Counted from the stretch's first letter, positions 1 to 11,095 are shown. The stretch: DNA of 64,000 nucleotides from Thermodesulfobacteriota bacterium (GCA_963422265.1 OY729416.1:672001-736000); one strand, 5' to 3'. Notes: generated by a model from the sequence alone, not told the origin. Numbers and translations: made by a program.

Positions 1-4
1 CCTT

Positions 5-589
5 ATGAAGGCGCAGACGCTTTTCTCTCTTCTCTTGGGAGTGATATTTTTAGGTGAGAGGCTTAATAGAGGGGAAAGCATGGGAATTATCGTAACCGTA
101 GCAGGGGGAATGATTGTAGCCTACCAAAGCGACACCGTGCTTTTACTCGGCACTTTAGCCTCCCTAGGTGCCGCGTTCTTCTACTCGTGCATGGCGTTTA
201 TAGTCAAAAAAATCGCTCAGGATCTCAATATGCTTATGGTTGCCTCCCTGCGCGCCTTAGGTGTATCCCTTTTCCTCATTACCTATCTCATTATAACGGG
301 CACTTTTGAAATGCCTTCCAGTCCGATAGATATAATTTTTATGGCTCTTGGGGGAATTACTGGCGCATATGTCGCCAAGGCAAGCCAGTTTCAGGCGATA
401 AAGCTTATAGATATCTCTCGCACGACGGCGGTATTGCCTATGGAGTCACTCTTTGTCATTTTACTCTCTTATGCTCTTTTCGAAGAAATCCCATCCAACG
501 CAAAACTCTTGGGAGGTGCTTTGATAATAACAGGCGTAGCTTTCCTTGTAATTTGCCGGGGACAAAAACCTGAAGTTATGGATAAATAA
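5..589 (+). CDS. EamA/DMT family transporter, probably 5'-truncated by the window edge
   Basis: Multiple hydrophobic helices; DMT-type motifs LGVIFLGERL and LFEEIPS..LLGGALIITGV; frame is open at the window start. Confidence 0.8.
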   Translation: MKAQTLFSLLLGVIFLGERLNRGESMGIIVTVAGGMIVAYQSDTVLLLGTLASLGAAFFYSCMAFIVKKIAQDLNMLMVASLRALGVSLFLITYLIITGTFEMPSSPIDIIFMALGGITGAYVAKASQFQAIKLIDISRTTAVLPMESLFVILLSYALFEEIPSNAKLLGGALIITGVAFLVICRGQKPEVMDK

Positions 590-1205
590 ACAGAATACTT
601 AAAAAAGCATAAGCGCAGCAGGCAAGAATCAACTTGACAGATATTCTGTTGACAAGAGAAATACCCCGCCCGCCAATATGCTTGCCCAAACCAGACGTGA
701 AATGACATATAACAAACCATGCGAGAATCGCCCCCGTCAATACACCGAGGATTAGAAGCACCGCTGAGTAATAATGAGAGACTGCGGATTCTAAAATTCC
801 CATTATTGAGTATAAAGCGGTTATTGAAAGGATTACAAGTGGATTTGAAAGAGTAAGCAATAACGCCGAACTGAACGCTCCAAAGTGATTCACGTCTTTA
901 TTAGCTCCTGCAAATTCAATCGGCTTTGACAAGTAAACGCTCAAGCCAAAGAATAGAAGTATCACTCCAGCGGCGACGCGAAACCAGACCTCATACTTAA
1001 CCAACACGTCATATATAAAAGTGAGTCCAAATACTGCGACAACGGCGAACACGGTATCCCCCATCGCAGCCCCTAGCCCCGATGCAACCCCGGAGAGCTT
1101 GCCATAGCTAATAGAACGCTGTATGCAAAGTGCGCCAACTGGACCTATAGGAGCGGAAATTATTATACCTACTAATACTCCTTTGAAGAAAAACAAAACT
1201 GGCAT
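576..1205 (-). CDS. LysE/RhtB family translocator
   Basis: N-terminal APIGPVGALCIQRS..G..SGLGAAMGD and LLTLSNP motifs; 209 aa, hydrophobic. Confidence 0.85.
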   Translation of the reverse strand: MPVLFFFKGVLVGIIISAPIGPVGALCIQRSISYGKLSGVASGLGAAMGDTVFAVVAVFGLTFIYDVLVKYEVWFRVAAGVILLFFGLSVYLSKPIEFAGANKDVNHFGAFSSALLLTLSNPLVILSITALYSIMGILESAVSHYYSAVLLILGVLTGAILAWFVICHFTSGLGKHIGGRGISLVNRISVKLILACCAYAFLSILFIYP

Positions 1206-1277
1206 AGTTAACCTTGATCACGAGGCGTTATGAGAACTATTATTGAATATATGATACCACTTTTCCCCAGTTGAGAT

Positions 1278-2465
1278 CTAGGACTTGCTTTGAGGAGGCA
1301 TTGGAAGACCGGTAAGACCCCATGCTATTATCAGTAGAAGTGATAGGATCAGTGGCAAGTGCTCACTCATTTCATACAGGTAGCCCGCCAATATGCCACC
1401 CAAGGAAGCCCCAAAGAAGGCTAACAGATTATAGAATCCCGTTGTTGCCCCTCTGCTCTCCTGACCGACTCTTTGAGTTAGGAAAGCAGGGAAGAGGGAT
1501 TGCAAAACCGCATGGCTCGCGAAATAGATCATGCCAACTAGATAAAGAACTGAGCTAGTCCACGCATTAGCAGGGTATATAAGAAAGCTCAAGGCTATAA
1601 GTGCCCAAGCGCCGAGCGTGACATTCCTTAACTTACCTAACCTTTCGGCACGCCTAATAAAAGGATATATAAATAGCATCGTCGGTATGAGCGTAACAAG
1701 ATATACGTGCCATAAGTCACCCGCTCCTACCCCGGCACTAGTCCAACTAAGGGGATAAATAAACACAAATAGGTTGACTGTGAACGACAAGATAAGAGCT
1801 GATATGAGGAGCCTTCTGATCTCAAGGCTGTCAAGAAAACCTAATACATTAAATCTCTGTGTTATTATCGAGTCTTTCTGTATGTGAGGGAAAAAGAGCA
1901 GGGTAACCGTGATTGCAAGGGCGCCCAAAGCGGCGAGTATATAAAAAAGCATAGAGAAGCCCATCTGCGCGGCGAGCAGTGGACCGGCGATGATTCCAAT
2001 TATGAAAGCGGCTCCTATGATCAACCCCACAATAGTGAACGACCTAGCCCTCATCTGAGAGCGCGTAAGGTCTCCTAATGAAGCGATAGCAACCGAGCTT
2101 ATCGCTCCTGAGCCTTGTATAATCCTTGTAAAAATAAGTTCCGTAAGGTTATCAACAATTGCGCACAGTATACTTCCAACGGTGAAGAGGATAAGTCCCA
2201 GAACTAGAACTGGCTTCCTGCCTACCCGATCACTTATCCAACCAAAGGGAATTTGAAGAAGGCTTTGAGCGAGGGCGTATATACCAAAAGCCACCCCAGC
2301 CAACGTCAAGCTCGCACCTGGATATCTTTCCACATAAACGCTGAACACAGGAAGAATTAAAAAGACTCCGAGCAGCCTTATAGCCATAATCACGCCTACC
2401 ACTATGACCGCTTCTATTTCTTGCCTTTCAAATCTTAGGTTTTGGCTGCTATTATTCCCTTCCAT
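1278..2465 (-). CDS. MFS transporter (YajR-like)
   Basis: MFS motif A GWISDRVGRKPV; about 12 TM helices; RLLGVFLILPVF and GIYALAQSLLQIPFG resemble YajR. Confidence 0.85.
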   Translation of the reverse strand: MEGNNSSQNLRFERQEIEAVIVVGVIMAIRLLGVFLILPVFSVYVERYPGASLTLAGVAFGIYALAQSLLQIPFGWISDRVGRKPVLVLGLILFTVGSILCAIVDNLTELIFTRIIQGSGAISSVAIASLGDLTRSQMRARSFTIVGLIIGAAFIIGIIAGPLLAAQMGFSMLFYILAALGALAITVTLLFFPHIQKDSIITQRFNVLGFLDSLEIRRLLISALILSFTVNLFVFIYPLSWTSAGVGAGDLWHVYLVTLIPTMLFIYPFIRRAERLGKLRNVTLGAWALIALSFLIYPANAWTSSVLYLVGMIYFASHAVLQSLFPAFLTQRVGQESRGATTGFYNLLAFFGASLGGILAGYLYEMSEHLPLILSLLLIIAWGLTGLPMPPQSKS

Positions 2466-2583
2466 TAACCGAGTTAGTTTCTATAAGATTCTAAGGAGTA
2501 TAGGGAAGTTAATTCTAACACGCCCAACGCGAAATGATATAAACTAAATTGATATGTCCTAAGAGGCGTGTTACTTTCATAGA

Positions 2584-4131
2584 ATGACCTTTGATTTATC
2601 TTCACACGTTATAGAAACTGACTCGTTTGACAGAGAGCTTTTTTCAGAATTGTGCTCTGAGTCAAAAGAGCTTGCCGATTTGATTGAGAACGGCTCGCGC
2701 CTGCTACCTAAATTTGAAGCATTAGCCCTTGACCTATTCGCTTCCTTTTATAAATACAATATAGTCCTCCTTGAACTAGATAAACAGAACCCTACCCTAA
2801 GAAGAAAAATACTCTCTTTGGCGCTTGAGCAAGAGAAACATAAAGAACTAAGAGAAGAAACCGTTCTTGACGGCTTTAAGTCAGCTATGGCTACGGTTGA
2901 CGTGGCAAATCAAATCCTAAACTGGCTTAGATCGGAGGAGGGTCCCGGTGAAAAATCCCTCATAAGAGAATGGGAAATAGATAATGCAAAGCAGAAAACT
3001 AACGAACTTGGGAATGAAATAGATACATTAGAAGAGATAAAAAAGGAAAGGGAGTTCAGTAAGCCTAAGAATGAAGGGGAATCATCAGAGGCTTTTGAAA
3101 ATGTTCTTGCCAATAAGAGATCAGAACTCTCTAATCAGGAGTCTAAGCTGGGTGAGTTTCTAAAAATACAGGAGAGCAATTATGAAAATAAGGATTTTGA
3201 CGTTAAGAACTTGCTAAAGCAATCTCTAAAACAGACTCAGTATCGGGTAGATGAGTTTGAACAGGAAATGGAGATGTGGAACGCCGCGACGGGGAACTCT
3301 AAGGAGAAAAGCGTAGGAGAAAAACTAGACCTAGCCTCAAAGCTTTTCAACAATGATAAGATAAGAAAACTCGCGCGATTGGTCGGCAGCTTAAAAGAGG
3401 AGATGCTAAGCGCAAGAAAGAAATCATGGTCTAGAATGGGTACTGAGGTTTTCAACGTAGCTATGGGAAACGACATAGGAAGGATAATTCCATCCGAGTT
3501 AATAGCTTTAAGACGTCCTCTTCTAAAAATAGACTTCCAAAAGAGGTTTATTGAGAACAGTCTAGCCCAGTATTACCTTAAAGACGACAAAGGAAGGGGT
3601 CCGCTAGTGATCTGTCTTGACGGAAGCTCCTCAATGGAGGGTAAAAAGGAACTTTGGTCTAAAGGCGTGTGCCTTACCCTTCTTGAAATCGCTAAAAGGG
3701 AACGGAGAAAATTTAATGTAGTAGTTTTTTCTTCAGCAGGTTCTCCACTCAAAATCTTTGAATCCTTAGTAGATGAGGGTAGAAGTGGGTGGCAGATGAG
3801 GGAAAATGACGTATTTGAGCTTGCCGAATATTTCCCAGGAGGTGGAACCAACTTTGAGGAACCTATAAACAAAGCCCTTGAGATTCTTCAGGATTCAAAA
3901 TTCAATGGTGGGGATATAGTTTTCATAACCGATGGAGAATCCAACGTAGGCAATTCATGGCTCAAATCATTTAAAGAGCGCAAGAAAAGACTTAAGTTTA
4001 AGGTTTATTCAGTTTTAATTGACTTATCGGAAAGGGAATCGTGGACGATTCTCTCACGATTTAGTGATAAGGTTACCTGCATATCCAAGCTCAATTCCAA
4101 AGAAGGTCGAAGTATATTCATAGAGGTTTAA
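2584..4131 (+). CDS. VWA-domain protein (ViaA/CoxE-like)
   Basis: MIDAS elements CLDGSSSM, GGGTNF, VFITDGE; GNDIGRIIPSEL segment; coiled-coil middle. Confidence 0.8.
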   Translation: MTFDLSSHVIETDSFDRELFSELCSESKELADLIENGSRLLPKFEALALDLFASFYKYNIVLLELDKQNPTLRRKILSLALEQEKHKELREETVLDGFKSAMATVDVANQILNWLRSEEGPGEKSLIREWEIDNAKQKTNELGNEIDTLEEIKKEREFSKPKNEGESSEAFENVLANKRSELSNQESKLGEFLKIQESNYENKDFDVKNLLKQSLKQTQYRVDEFEQEMEMWNAATGNSKEKSVGEKLDLASKLFNNDKIRKLARLVGSLKEEMLSARKKSWSRMGTEVFNVAMGNDIGRIIPSELIALRRPLLKIDFQKRFIENSLAQYYLKDDKGRGPLVICLDGSSSMEGKKELWSKGVCLTLLEIAKRERRKFNVVVFSSAGSPLKIFESLVDEGRSGWQMRENDVFELAEYFPGGGTNFEEPINKALEILQDSKFNGGDIVFITDGESNVGNSWLKSFKERKKRLKFKVYSVLIDLSERESWTILSRFSDKVTCISKLNSKEGRSIFIEV

Positions 4132-4161
4132 CCACCTATACTAATGACGCTCCGCTAATAG

Positions 4162-5829
4162 CTAACGCGATTTAATCTGATCTAGCATCTCGCGTGCGGC
4201 GTCTAGGGTCTTTTGCGTAATATTAAGACCACCCATCATACGTGCTAACTCTCTTATCCTTTCTTCCTGATTTAAACTCTTTATAGTTACTCGCGTTTTA
4301 TTCTTTACTAAGGACTTAGACACCCTTACGTGGGACTCGGCAAATTTAGCAACTTGAGGCAGATGAGTTATACATATTACTTGATGCGTTTTAGAGAGTT
4401 CGCTTATTTTTTGTCCAACCCTTTCCGCAACAGCTCCACCTATTCCCGAATCCGCTTCATCAAATATCACTACTGACCCACCTTCTACATTAGCTATAAT
4501 CCCTTTTAGTATAAGCATAATACGGGACAGCTCACCCCCTGACGCAACCCTTACAAGGGGTTTGGGTTTCTCGTCTGGGTTGGCTGAAAACAAAAATTGA
4601 ACTTTATCAATCCCATCTGAGGAAAGCTCTTTTTCTTTAATCTCTACAACAAAACTTGCTCCCTTAATACCTACCTGCTTAAGCTCATCCTCGACTGAAC
4701 GAGATAGCTCTTGAGCTGTCTCGTCTCTTTTTTTTGAGATATTCTTAGACATATCTACCAGTTCTTCTTTTAATGTGGCGCAATTCTGGGTAAGATCGTC
4801 TATCTTCTCATCGTAGCTCTCTATTTCTCTAAGCTCTTTTTGTAACTCATCTTTTTTGTTCAGAATCTGCTCAATAGTCCCACCGTATTTTCTTTTCAAT
4901 ACACTCATATCCTGTAGCCTAGCCTCTATTTCGTTGAGCCTTTCGTTATCAAAGCTAAGACCGGACGCATAGTCCCTGAGAGCGAAAGCCACGTCCTGTA
5001 TCTGTGCAACGCTGCTCTCTATGATCTCAGATACTCCTTTTAATTCACCATCAATCTCACTCGCTTCCTGAATACTGTCAGATAGGGTTTTAAGCGTCCC
5101 GAGAACGGAGCGCTCATTTTCATAAAGCAGGTCATAAGCCACACTAGCGGATCTAAGCAAGAACTCCCTGTGTACAAGCACCTTTCTCTCTTCTTCAAGA
5201 TCGCTATCTTCGGTAAGACCGAGACCCGCCTGATCAATCTCCTCAAACTGGAATTTTAAGAAGTCCTCTTTTTCAATTTGACTCCTCTGGTTTTGAGACA
5301 TAGAGGTAAGCTCACCACTCAATTCTAAGTACTCACGGTGTAGTTTCCTATATTCGGACAATTCAACTTTACTCCCCCCTACCTTGTCTAACACCCTGAC
5401 GTGGTTTTCCTCCTTCAGGAGGCTCTGATGCTCGTGCTGACTAAATATATCTACGACTCCCTCCGTTATCGTCTCAAGCATCCTAAGAGTAACAAGGCTA
5501 CCATTCAAAAACACCCTACCCCTACCCCTGCGTGGGATAGTGCGTTTTATTAATAGCTCGCCATCAGATACATCAAACCCCAAAGAATCTATTCGGTCCT
5601 TTAGCTTGGTATCCAAGGAAAGATCAAAAAGTGCTTCGACTCTAGCTTCTTCTTCACCTGTCTTAATCTGCTCGGAAGTAACTTTATGCCCCAGCACGGT
5701 ATTTAAGGCGTCAACAATTATAGACTTCCCTGCCCCAGTCTCTCCTGTAACTATATTTAGGCCGTTACTGAAACTGATGGACAGTTCATCTATTACTGTA
5801 AATTGTCTAAGCGTGAGCCCAACTAGCAT
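4162..5829 (-). CDS. recN: DNA repair protein RecN
   Basis: TGETGAGKS Walker A, ASGGELSRIML signature, IFDEADSGIGG, ITHLPQVA; start placed at MLVGL (ATG 5829). Confidence 0.95.
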   Translation of the reverse strand: MLVGLTLRQFTVIDELSISFSNGLNIVTGETGAGKSIIVDALNTVLGHKVTSEQIKTGEEEARVEALFDLSLDTKLKDRIDSLGFDVSDGELLIKRTIPRRGRGRVFLNGSLVTLRMLETITEGVVDIFSQHEHQSLLKEENHVRVLDKVGGSKVELSEYRKLHREYLELSGELTSMSQNQRSQIEKEDFLKFQFEEIDQAGLGLTEDSDLEEERKVLVHREFLLRSASVAYDLLYENERSVLGTLKTLSDSIQEASEIDGELKGVSEIIESSVAQIQDVAFALRDYASGLSFDNERLNEIEARLQDMSVLKRKYGGTIEQILNKKDELQKELREIESYDEKIDDLTQNCATLKEELVDMSKNISKKRDETAQELSRSVEDELKQVGIKGASFVVEIKEKELSSDGIDKVQFLFSANPDEKPKPLVRVASGGELSRIMLILKGIIANVEGGSVVIFDEADSGIGGAVAERVGQKISELSKTHQVICITHLPQVAKFAESHVRVSKSLVKNKTRVTIKSLNQEERIRELARMMGGLNITQKTLDAAREMLDQIKSR

Positions 5830-5869
5830 CAACTCTAAGCCTATCCCCAACCCTGCTTAGGGATAAGGA

Positions 5870-7138
5870 TTATTCTCTTATCTGTCCTTCCCCATAGACA
5901 ATGAATTTGGTAGTAGTCAGTTCCTCAACGCCCATAGGACCAAAAGCGTGGAGCTTAGAAGTGCTTATTCCTATCTCGGCGCCAAGACCTAGCTCAAAAC
6001 CATCACTGAACCTTGTAGAGGCATTCACCATCACGGTTGAAGAGTTAACACCATTAATAAAAGCCTCTGAAGTTGAGTAATCCTGAGTAATAATAGATTC
6101 AGTGTGCATAGAGCCATATTTCTCTATATGTGCTATAGCTTGATTAAGATCATCTACCACCCTTATGCTTAGAATAAAGTCAAGATATTCCTCATACCAA
6201 TCATCCTCAGTAGCTCTGGCAACCCCTGGAACTATATATCTCGTCCGTTCGCAGCCTCGTACTTCGACTCCTTCTTCCCTCAGCTTGTTAATTACACGGG
6301 GCAAGAATTTATCTGCAACGGCTTTATGAACCAGCATAGTCTCCATAGAATTGCACACCCCCGGACGCTGCACCTTGGCGTTTAGGCAAACATCCTGCGC
6401 CACAACCAAGTCAGCACTCTCGTCCACGAAGACGTGGCATACGCCTTTATAGTGTTTAAGCACTGGTATCCTTGAACTCTCTGAAACAAACCTGATAAGA
6501 CCCTCTCCCCCCCTTGGAATAATTAGATCAACAAATTCCTCTAGCTTGAGCATTTCAAGCACTGCCTCCCTATCCGTAACCGGTATTATCTGAACTGCGT
6601 CCTCTGGCATCCCACTTTCCTTCAGCGCAGCCCTAAGCACTTCACCTATAGCCTTGTTAGACCTTATAGTCTCAGAACCACCCCTTAGAATTACGGCGTT
6701 ACCCGACTTGATGCAAAGCCCTGCTGCATCCGCCGTCACATTGGGTCTAGATTCGTAAATTATTCCTATCACCCCAAGAGGAATCCTCATCTTACCTACC
6801 CTAAGACCGTTAGGACGTTTCCATATCCTGACAACTTCACCGACGGGATCAACTAAGGAGCCGACTTCTCTTAAACCTTTAGCCGCCCTCTCAATTCTAT
6901 CCGGCGTAAGGGTAAGACGGTCAACAAGCACCTCAGGTAACTTGTTGGACAAGGCTTGTTTCACGTCTTCCTTATTTTCCTTAATTATAAGCTCCCTTTT
7001 CTCCAGAAGACCTTGAGACATCCTTGCTAATGCCTTGTTCTTTGAGGCAGTCTTAGCCCTTGCTAATGCCGAAGACGCATGTTTAGCCCTTTCAGCTATG
7101 CCACGTAGAAGTTTTGGTATTTGAGAGTTATTAGACAT
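5870..7138 (-). CDS. proA: Gamma-glutamyl phosphate reductase
   Basis: [60 protein letters not shown]. Confidence 0.97.
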   Translation of the reverse strand: MSNNSQIPKLLRGIAERAKHASSALARAKTASKNKALARMSQGLLEKRELIIKENKEDVKQALSNKLPEVLVDRLTLTPDRIERAAKGLREVGSLVDPVGEVVRIWKRPNGLRVGKMRIPLGVIGIIYESRPNVTADAAGLCIKSGNAVILRGGSETIRSNKAIGEVLRAALKESGMPEDAVQIIPVTDREAVLEMLKLEEFVDLIIPRGGEGLIRFVSESSRIPVLKHYKGVCHVFVDESADLVVAQDVCLNAKVQRPGVCNSMETMLVHKAVADKFLPRVINKLREEGVEVRGCERTRYIVPGVARATEDDWYEEYLDFILSIRVVDDLNQAIAHIEKYGSMHTESIITQDYSTSEAFINGVNSSTVMVNASTRFSDGFELGLGAEIGISTSKLHAFGPMGVEELTTTKFIVYGEGQIRE

Positions 7139-7298
7139 GTTTTCACATTAGTTTCAGATAGTTGAGTTGGTTTGAATCATCTGCTAAATGGTAGTTATAT
7201 ATAGCTATAAAGTCAAGGTAACATACAGATACTTAAGTTTTTTACATAAATTTTCTAAAAACATTTCAAAAAAATTAAAATCTGATACAGTATTGTTG

Positions 7299-7416
7299 AA
7301 CCGGATGTATCAACCTGAGCCCCGCCAAATTGGCTGTTAATTCTGTTGGCAGGAATTAGTAGTCTGTGGGGCTCATAGCCCTACTAAATATTAAATTATA
7401 TAACGACACCCCGGTT
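7299..7416 (+). ncRNA. Candidate structured small RNA, family unknown
   Basis: Nested helices 7299-7304/7411-7416, 7316-7325/7366-7375, 7332-7343/7353-7364; G-U pairs work only on the + strand; TGaTACAGT extended -10 at 7283-7291. Confidence 0.35.
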
Positions 7417-7486
7417 GAAAGCCAAGTTTGAGAAACCGAGTTTTACCCATATGAAAGAACAAAAAGTTCAAGCCCGGTTGGATGTT

Positions 7487-8140
7487 TTACTTTGTGAAAG
7501 TAAAACGATAGATTGGGACGGCTAACGCGGCACCCATAAAAGGGGCAGTTAGATAAACCCACAGTCCGGAAAAGTTGAGCACAACAGCTGCTGGCGCTAA
7601 CGATCGCGCCGGATTAATAGAAGCCCCCGAAATTGGACCAGCGAATAATACAGCAAGTCCTATGACAGCCCCAATGACGCCTCCTGCTATAATACCTTTC
7701 TCCATACTTCCCGTTGAAACGCTCAATATCACAAACATTAAAAATAGTGTCATTACAAATTCCATAACAAACGATTGATACACCGGCTCGCTCGGCACGG
7801 TTAAAGCTAAACTAGCTTGTTCGGGAAAGAGCAACCTTAAAATAAAACTCGCAAGCAGAGCGCCTAAACACTGGCTTATGATGTAAGGAAACACTTGGCT
7901 TCTGGGAAAGCGCCCAGCAAGCCAAAATCCTATTGTCACCGCGGGATTTATATGCGCGCCTGAAACGTCGCCCACAGAATAGACTACAGTCATAACAACG
8001 AGACCAGTAGCAATAGCTATTCCCATATGAGTTAGGACACCGCCTGAAACATTGTTGACTATTACAACGCCAGTAGCTACGAAAACAAGGAAAAAAGTCC
8101 CTATTAACTCCGTTCCAAACAATCTGATATCATCCCACAT
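7487..8140 (-). CDS. MIP/aquaporin family channel (NIP-like)
   Basis: Two NPA motifs: SGAHINPAVT and SGASINPARS. Confidence 0.92.
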   Translation of the reverse strand: MWDDIRLFGTELIGTFFLVFVATGVVIVNNVSGGVLTHMGIAIATGLVVMTVVYSVGDVSGAHINPAVTIGFWLAGRFPRSQVFPYIISQCLGALLASFILRLLFPEQASLALTVPSEPVYQSFVMEFVMTLFLMFVILSVSTGSMEKGIIAGGVIGAVIGLAVLFAGPISGASINPARSLAPAAVVLNFSGLWVYLTAPFMGAALAVPIYRFTFTK

Positions 8141-8234
8141 AATGGTTTATAGCCTCCTTTTAACTTCATTCATCTTAATACTAAATTCCCCGCGTTGGAA
8201 TCGCCCCCAACCAAAATGAAACAACTGACTTTGC

Positions 8235-8477
8235 TCACCACAAATATTCAGAATTATACACTTGCATTAATATCACAAGAAGAACCATTGCAACTATAAT
8301 GGTATGAGAGATAAAAGAAATTAACACCGCGATTGAATAGTTTCTTCTGTTTACGTTAGATGAATTGCTAAATGCCCAGTAAAGAAGAGTCACAAAACCC
8401 ACCAGCGGGATTGATTGCACAACCAAAATAGTAATCCAGTTCCTCACTGATAAAGGCTTATTGTTATGCTTACCCAT
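8235..8477 (-). CDS. Small two-TM membrane protein of unknown function
   Basis: 80 aa; two hydrophobic segments flanking WAFS..SNVNRRNY. Confidence 0.65.
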   Translation of the reverse strand: MGKHNNKPLSVRNWITILVVQSIPLVGFVTLLYWAFSNSSNVNRRNYSIAVLISFISHTIIVAMVLLVILMQVYNSEYLW

Positions 8478-8637
8478 TGGCTAGTTAAGTTCTCACGCTC
8501 TTACCTTTTGATATTGGAAAGTATATTAAATCTCAAATTCTGTCAATTCAAAACTAGCGCGCCGAGACCCCACAATTTGCGCTCAGGCTAAGCTATAGTT
8601 TACAATATATTAAAAATAAGCTCGGGAAGATTGGAAA

Positions 8638-9288
8638 TTGGCGAACACATCCTCATTTCTCATACCTTCAGAAACAATCGTAGTAGAACAGGAAATAAGC
8701 AAAAGTCGGTTTATCGCCACTGTTGGACACGTCCAAAACAAGGGGAGCGCTAAAAAGTTTATTACAAACGTTGAGGTAAAGCACAATGGCGCAACGCACA
8801 ATGCTTATGGATTTATAGCAGGTAATCCATCAGGCACCGCAGATATAGGTTGTAGTGACGACGGAGAAATACCCGGAACTGCCGGAAAGCCAATACTAAG
8901 CATCCTTCAACACAAGAGCATAGGAGAAATCGCAGCCGTCGTTACAAGATACTTTGGTGGAATTAAGCTCGGAACGGGTGGACTCGTAAGGGCGTATTCG
9001 GGGACTTTGATTTTAGCTCTAGACAAAATTCATCTGATTGAGCGATTTGACGTTGTGAGGATGAAAATCATCATAGACTATAAGCACGAAAACCCCGTCC
9101 GCCGAGCGATCGAAAGAATGGGCGTATCAATCAAGAACGCAACTTATGCGAACAAGGCATCAATAGCAATAGAAGTCCCTGATAACATAATAGATGAGCT
9201 TGTGAACTCGGTTATGAACGTATCCCAAGGGCGAGCTAGGATGTTATCTACAGATTATGCGGATGGTAAGATAAAAAGAAGGAAATAA
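8638..9288 (+). CDS. yigZ: YigZ/IMPACT family protein
   Basis: KSRFIA, ATHNAYG, SDDGEIPGTAGKPIL, VVTRYFGGIKLGTGGLVRAY. Confidence 0.93.
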   Translation: MANTSSFLIPSETIVVEQEISKSRFIATVGHVQNKGSAKKFITNVEVKHNGATHNAYGFIAGNPSGTADIGCSDDGEIPGTAGKPILSILQHKSIGEIAAVVTRYFGGIKLGTGGLVRAYSGTLILALDKIHLIERFDVVRMKIIIDYKHENPVRRAIERMGVSIKNATYANKASIAIEVPDNIIDELVNSVMNVSQGRARMLSTDYADGKIKRRK

Positions 9289-9290
9289 AA

Positions 9291-9656
9291 TTGACTGAAA
9301 TAGATAAGAATAAAGTCATACTGCAATCGGACGACGTTGACTGCTACTATTATTATCTCAATATGATTACTGAGAACGTGCGTAATGGATATAACTACAT
9401 GGTGATAAAGTATTGTGATCTGAGCCTTCCACTTATTCCTAAACTAATTGAGAAAACAAAGAAGCAAGCCAGCGAATTCGACGTGAGTTCTATACCTGCA
9501 ATTGAGCTTGGAGCCAAACTCTGGAGCCATCAGGGAAACAAAGAAAGGGTAAGGGAAATTGAGAAACTTATTGACTCCTACCCAGAACTCGAAAGCTGGC
9601 GCATACACGTTGAACGCGCTTATGAAACGTTATCTAAAACACGCTGCCGCTCTTAA
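9291..9656 (+). CDS. Hypothetical helical protein
   Basis: 121 aa ORF starting 2 nt after yigZ, with a purine-rich AAGGA upstream; no family recognised. Confidence 0.6.
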   Translation: MTEIDKNKVILQSDDVDCYYYYLNMITENVRNGYNYMVIKYCDLSLPLIPKLIEKTKKQASEFDVSSIPAIELGAKLWSHQGNKERVREIEKLIDSYPELESWRIHVERAYETLSKTRCRS

Positions 9657-11095
9657 TTATCTACCAGTTTAACGCCGTCTATCCCTTCTGGCACAGGATA
9701 ACCGAGTAGGTTTACTAAAGTAGGATAGACATCAACCGTTCTTACAAGTCCCTCACTAATTTTTGTATTTATTAGTATCGGGACAATCATATGATCCCTA
9801 AAAAGCGCCCCGTGAGATGAATGATGTTCTGGGTTCTCGTGTCTCGCCCTCAGGTCGTATCCCTTAGAAGCGCTTAGTACCAAATCCCCACTTCTTGGCG
9901 CTTCCATGAGTTGCACAATTTGAAGTGGCGCGTCCGGATATTCCGTGTTATAAGTATGCAAAAGCCCCTCATTCATATCCATACTCTCGGGAATACCCTC
10001 GTAACCAAATGGGTCACCGCTAATCTCCTCGTATCGCAGCTTCCCATAGGCGTCAAGCCACGCAGAAGCCTCACCTCTCACGCTTTTAACCCTTGCCCTA
10101 CCACTGTCGTCAATTCCAGCCACTATATCAACCTCAGGTCTCTCAAGCAAATTATCTACCAAACCCGAAAGCTCATCAAAAGTGGACTTCCTTTGCCAAC
10201 CGTCTTGACTCTTTACGTAAATATTCGCCATAGCATTTCCTGAAACCATCGTAGCAGCGTTGGCATTAGTGAAATGTTTGAAAACATTCGGGTAGGAGAA
10301 TGTCTTATAACCTTGAGCATTCATAAACTTAAGGGAATCAAAATGAGAGTGGCTCTGGGTAAGACCATGATCACTCGCAACTACAATTAGCGTTTCCTCA
10401 AGGCGTCCCTCACCTTCTAAATACCTTGATAGAACCCCAACGGCATCGTCTATCTTAATATAGGATTGAATTACCTTACGGTGAAACGGGTGGTTAAAAT
10501 GAGAATAAGTGTCTATTCCTAAGAAAACTACGTACACAAATTCAGACCGATCTTTCAGACATTTAAGTAACAACCTCTGCGCCACGGTGTCAACTTCATC
10601 GCTTTTGTCCGTAAAATGGCCTTTGACCTTATAGTATAACTTAGAGAAAAAAGTTTTATCCTTTCCAAAACTCACTCCCCGAGAGAGCTCGTTGAATATA
10701 CTGAAACTACTAGAAAATATCTCAAACAGACTTTTGTTATCGGTAGTTACGTCACTATTCATAAGATATGACTCTGGACTTATATAACTTCTAAAACGGT
10801 TGATAGAAAAGAGTCGAGGGTACTGCTTACGGTCAAACCATCTTATGCCTGGCAAGTTGCATCGTCCTGGAAACTTGCCTAACAGATAAGGGGCATAAGC
10901 CGGTCCTGTAGTAGAAGGGAAAGTAGAAACCCCTTTCCTATAGTCACCTTTCTCAACGACGTATTTTGAAATATTCGGAAGGTCTCCCCGTTTCAGAAGT
11001 TCTGAGAAGATGTCATCCCTCGCGCCATCAGCCATTATGAATATACAACTCCTAAACCCCGCTTTCACGCCATCCTTCTTTAACCAAGTTACCAT
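9653..11095 (-). CDS. Alkaline phosphatase superfamily protein (nucleotide pyrophosphatase/phosphodiesterase type)
   Basis: MADGAR, FPSTTGPAY (Thr nucleophile), IDTYSH, ASDHG, SSHG; no signal peptide. Confidence 0.85.
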   Translation of the reverse strand: MVTWLKKDGVKAGFRSCIFIMADGARDDIFSELLKRGDLPNISKYVVEKGDYRKGVSTFPSTTGPAYAPYLLGKFPGRCNLPGIRWFDRKQYPRLFSINRFRSYISPESYLMNSDVTTDNKSLFEIFSSSFSIFNELSRGVSFGKDKTFFSKLYYKVKGHFTDKSDEVDTVAQRLLLKCLKDRSEFVYVVFLGIDTYSHFNHPFHRKVIQSYIKIDDAVGVLSRYLEGEGRLEETLIVVASDHGLTQSHSHFDSLKFMNAQGYKTFSYPNVFKHFTNANAATMVSGNAMANIYVKSQDGWQRKSTFDELSGLVDNLLERPEVDIVAGIDDSGRARVKSVRGEASAWLDAYGKLRYEEISGDPFGYEGIPESMDMNEGLLHTYNTEYPDAPLQIVQLMEAPRSGDLVLSASKGYDLRARHENPEHHSSHGALFRDHMIVPILINTKISEGLVRTVDVYPTLVNLLGYPVPEGIDGVKLVDN

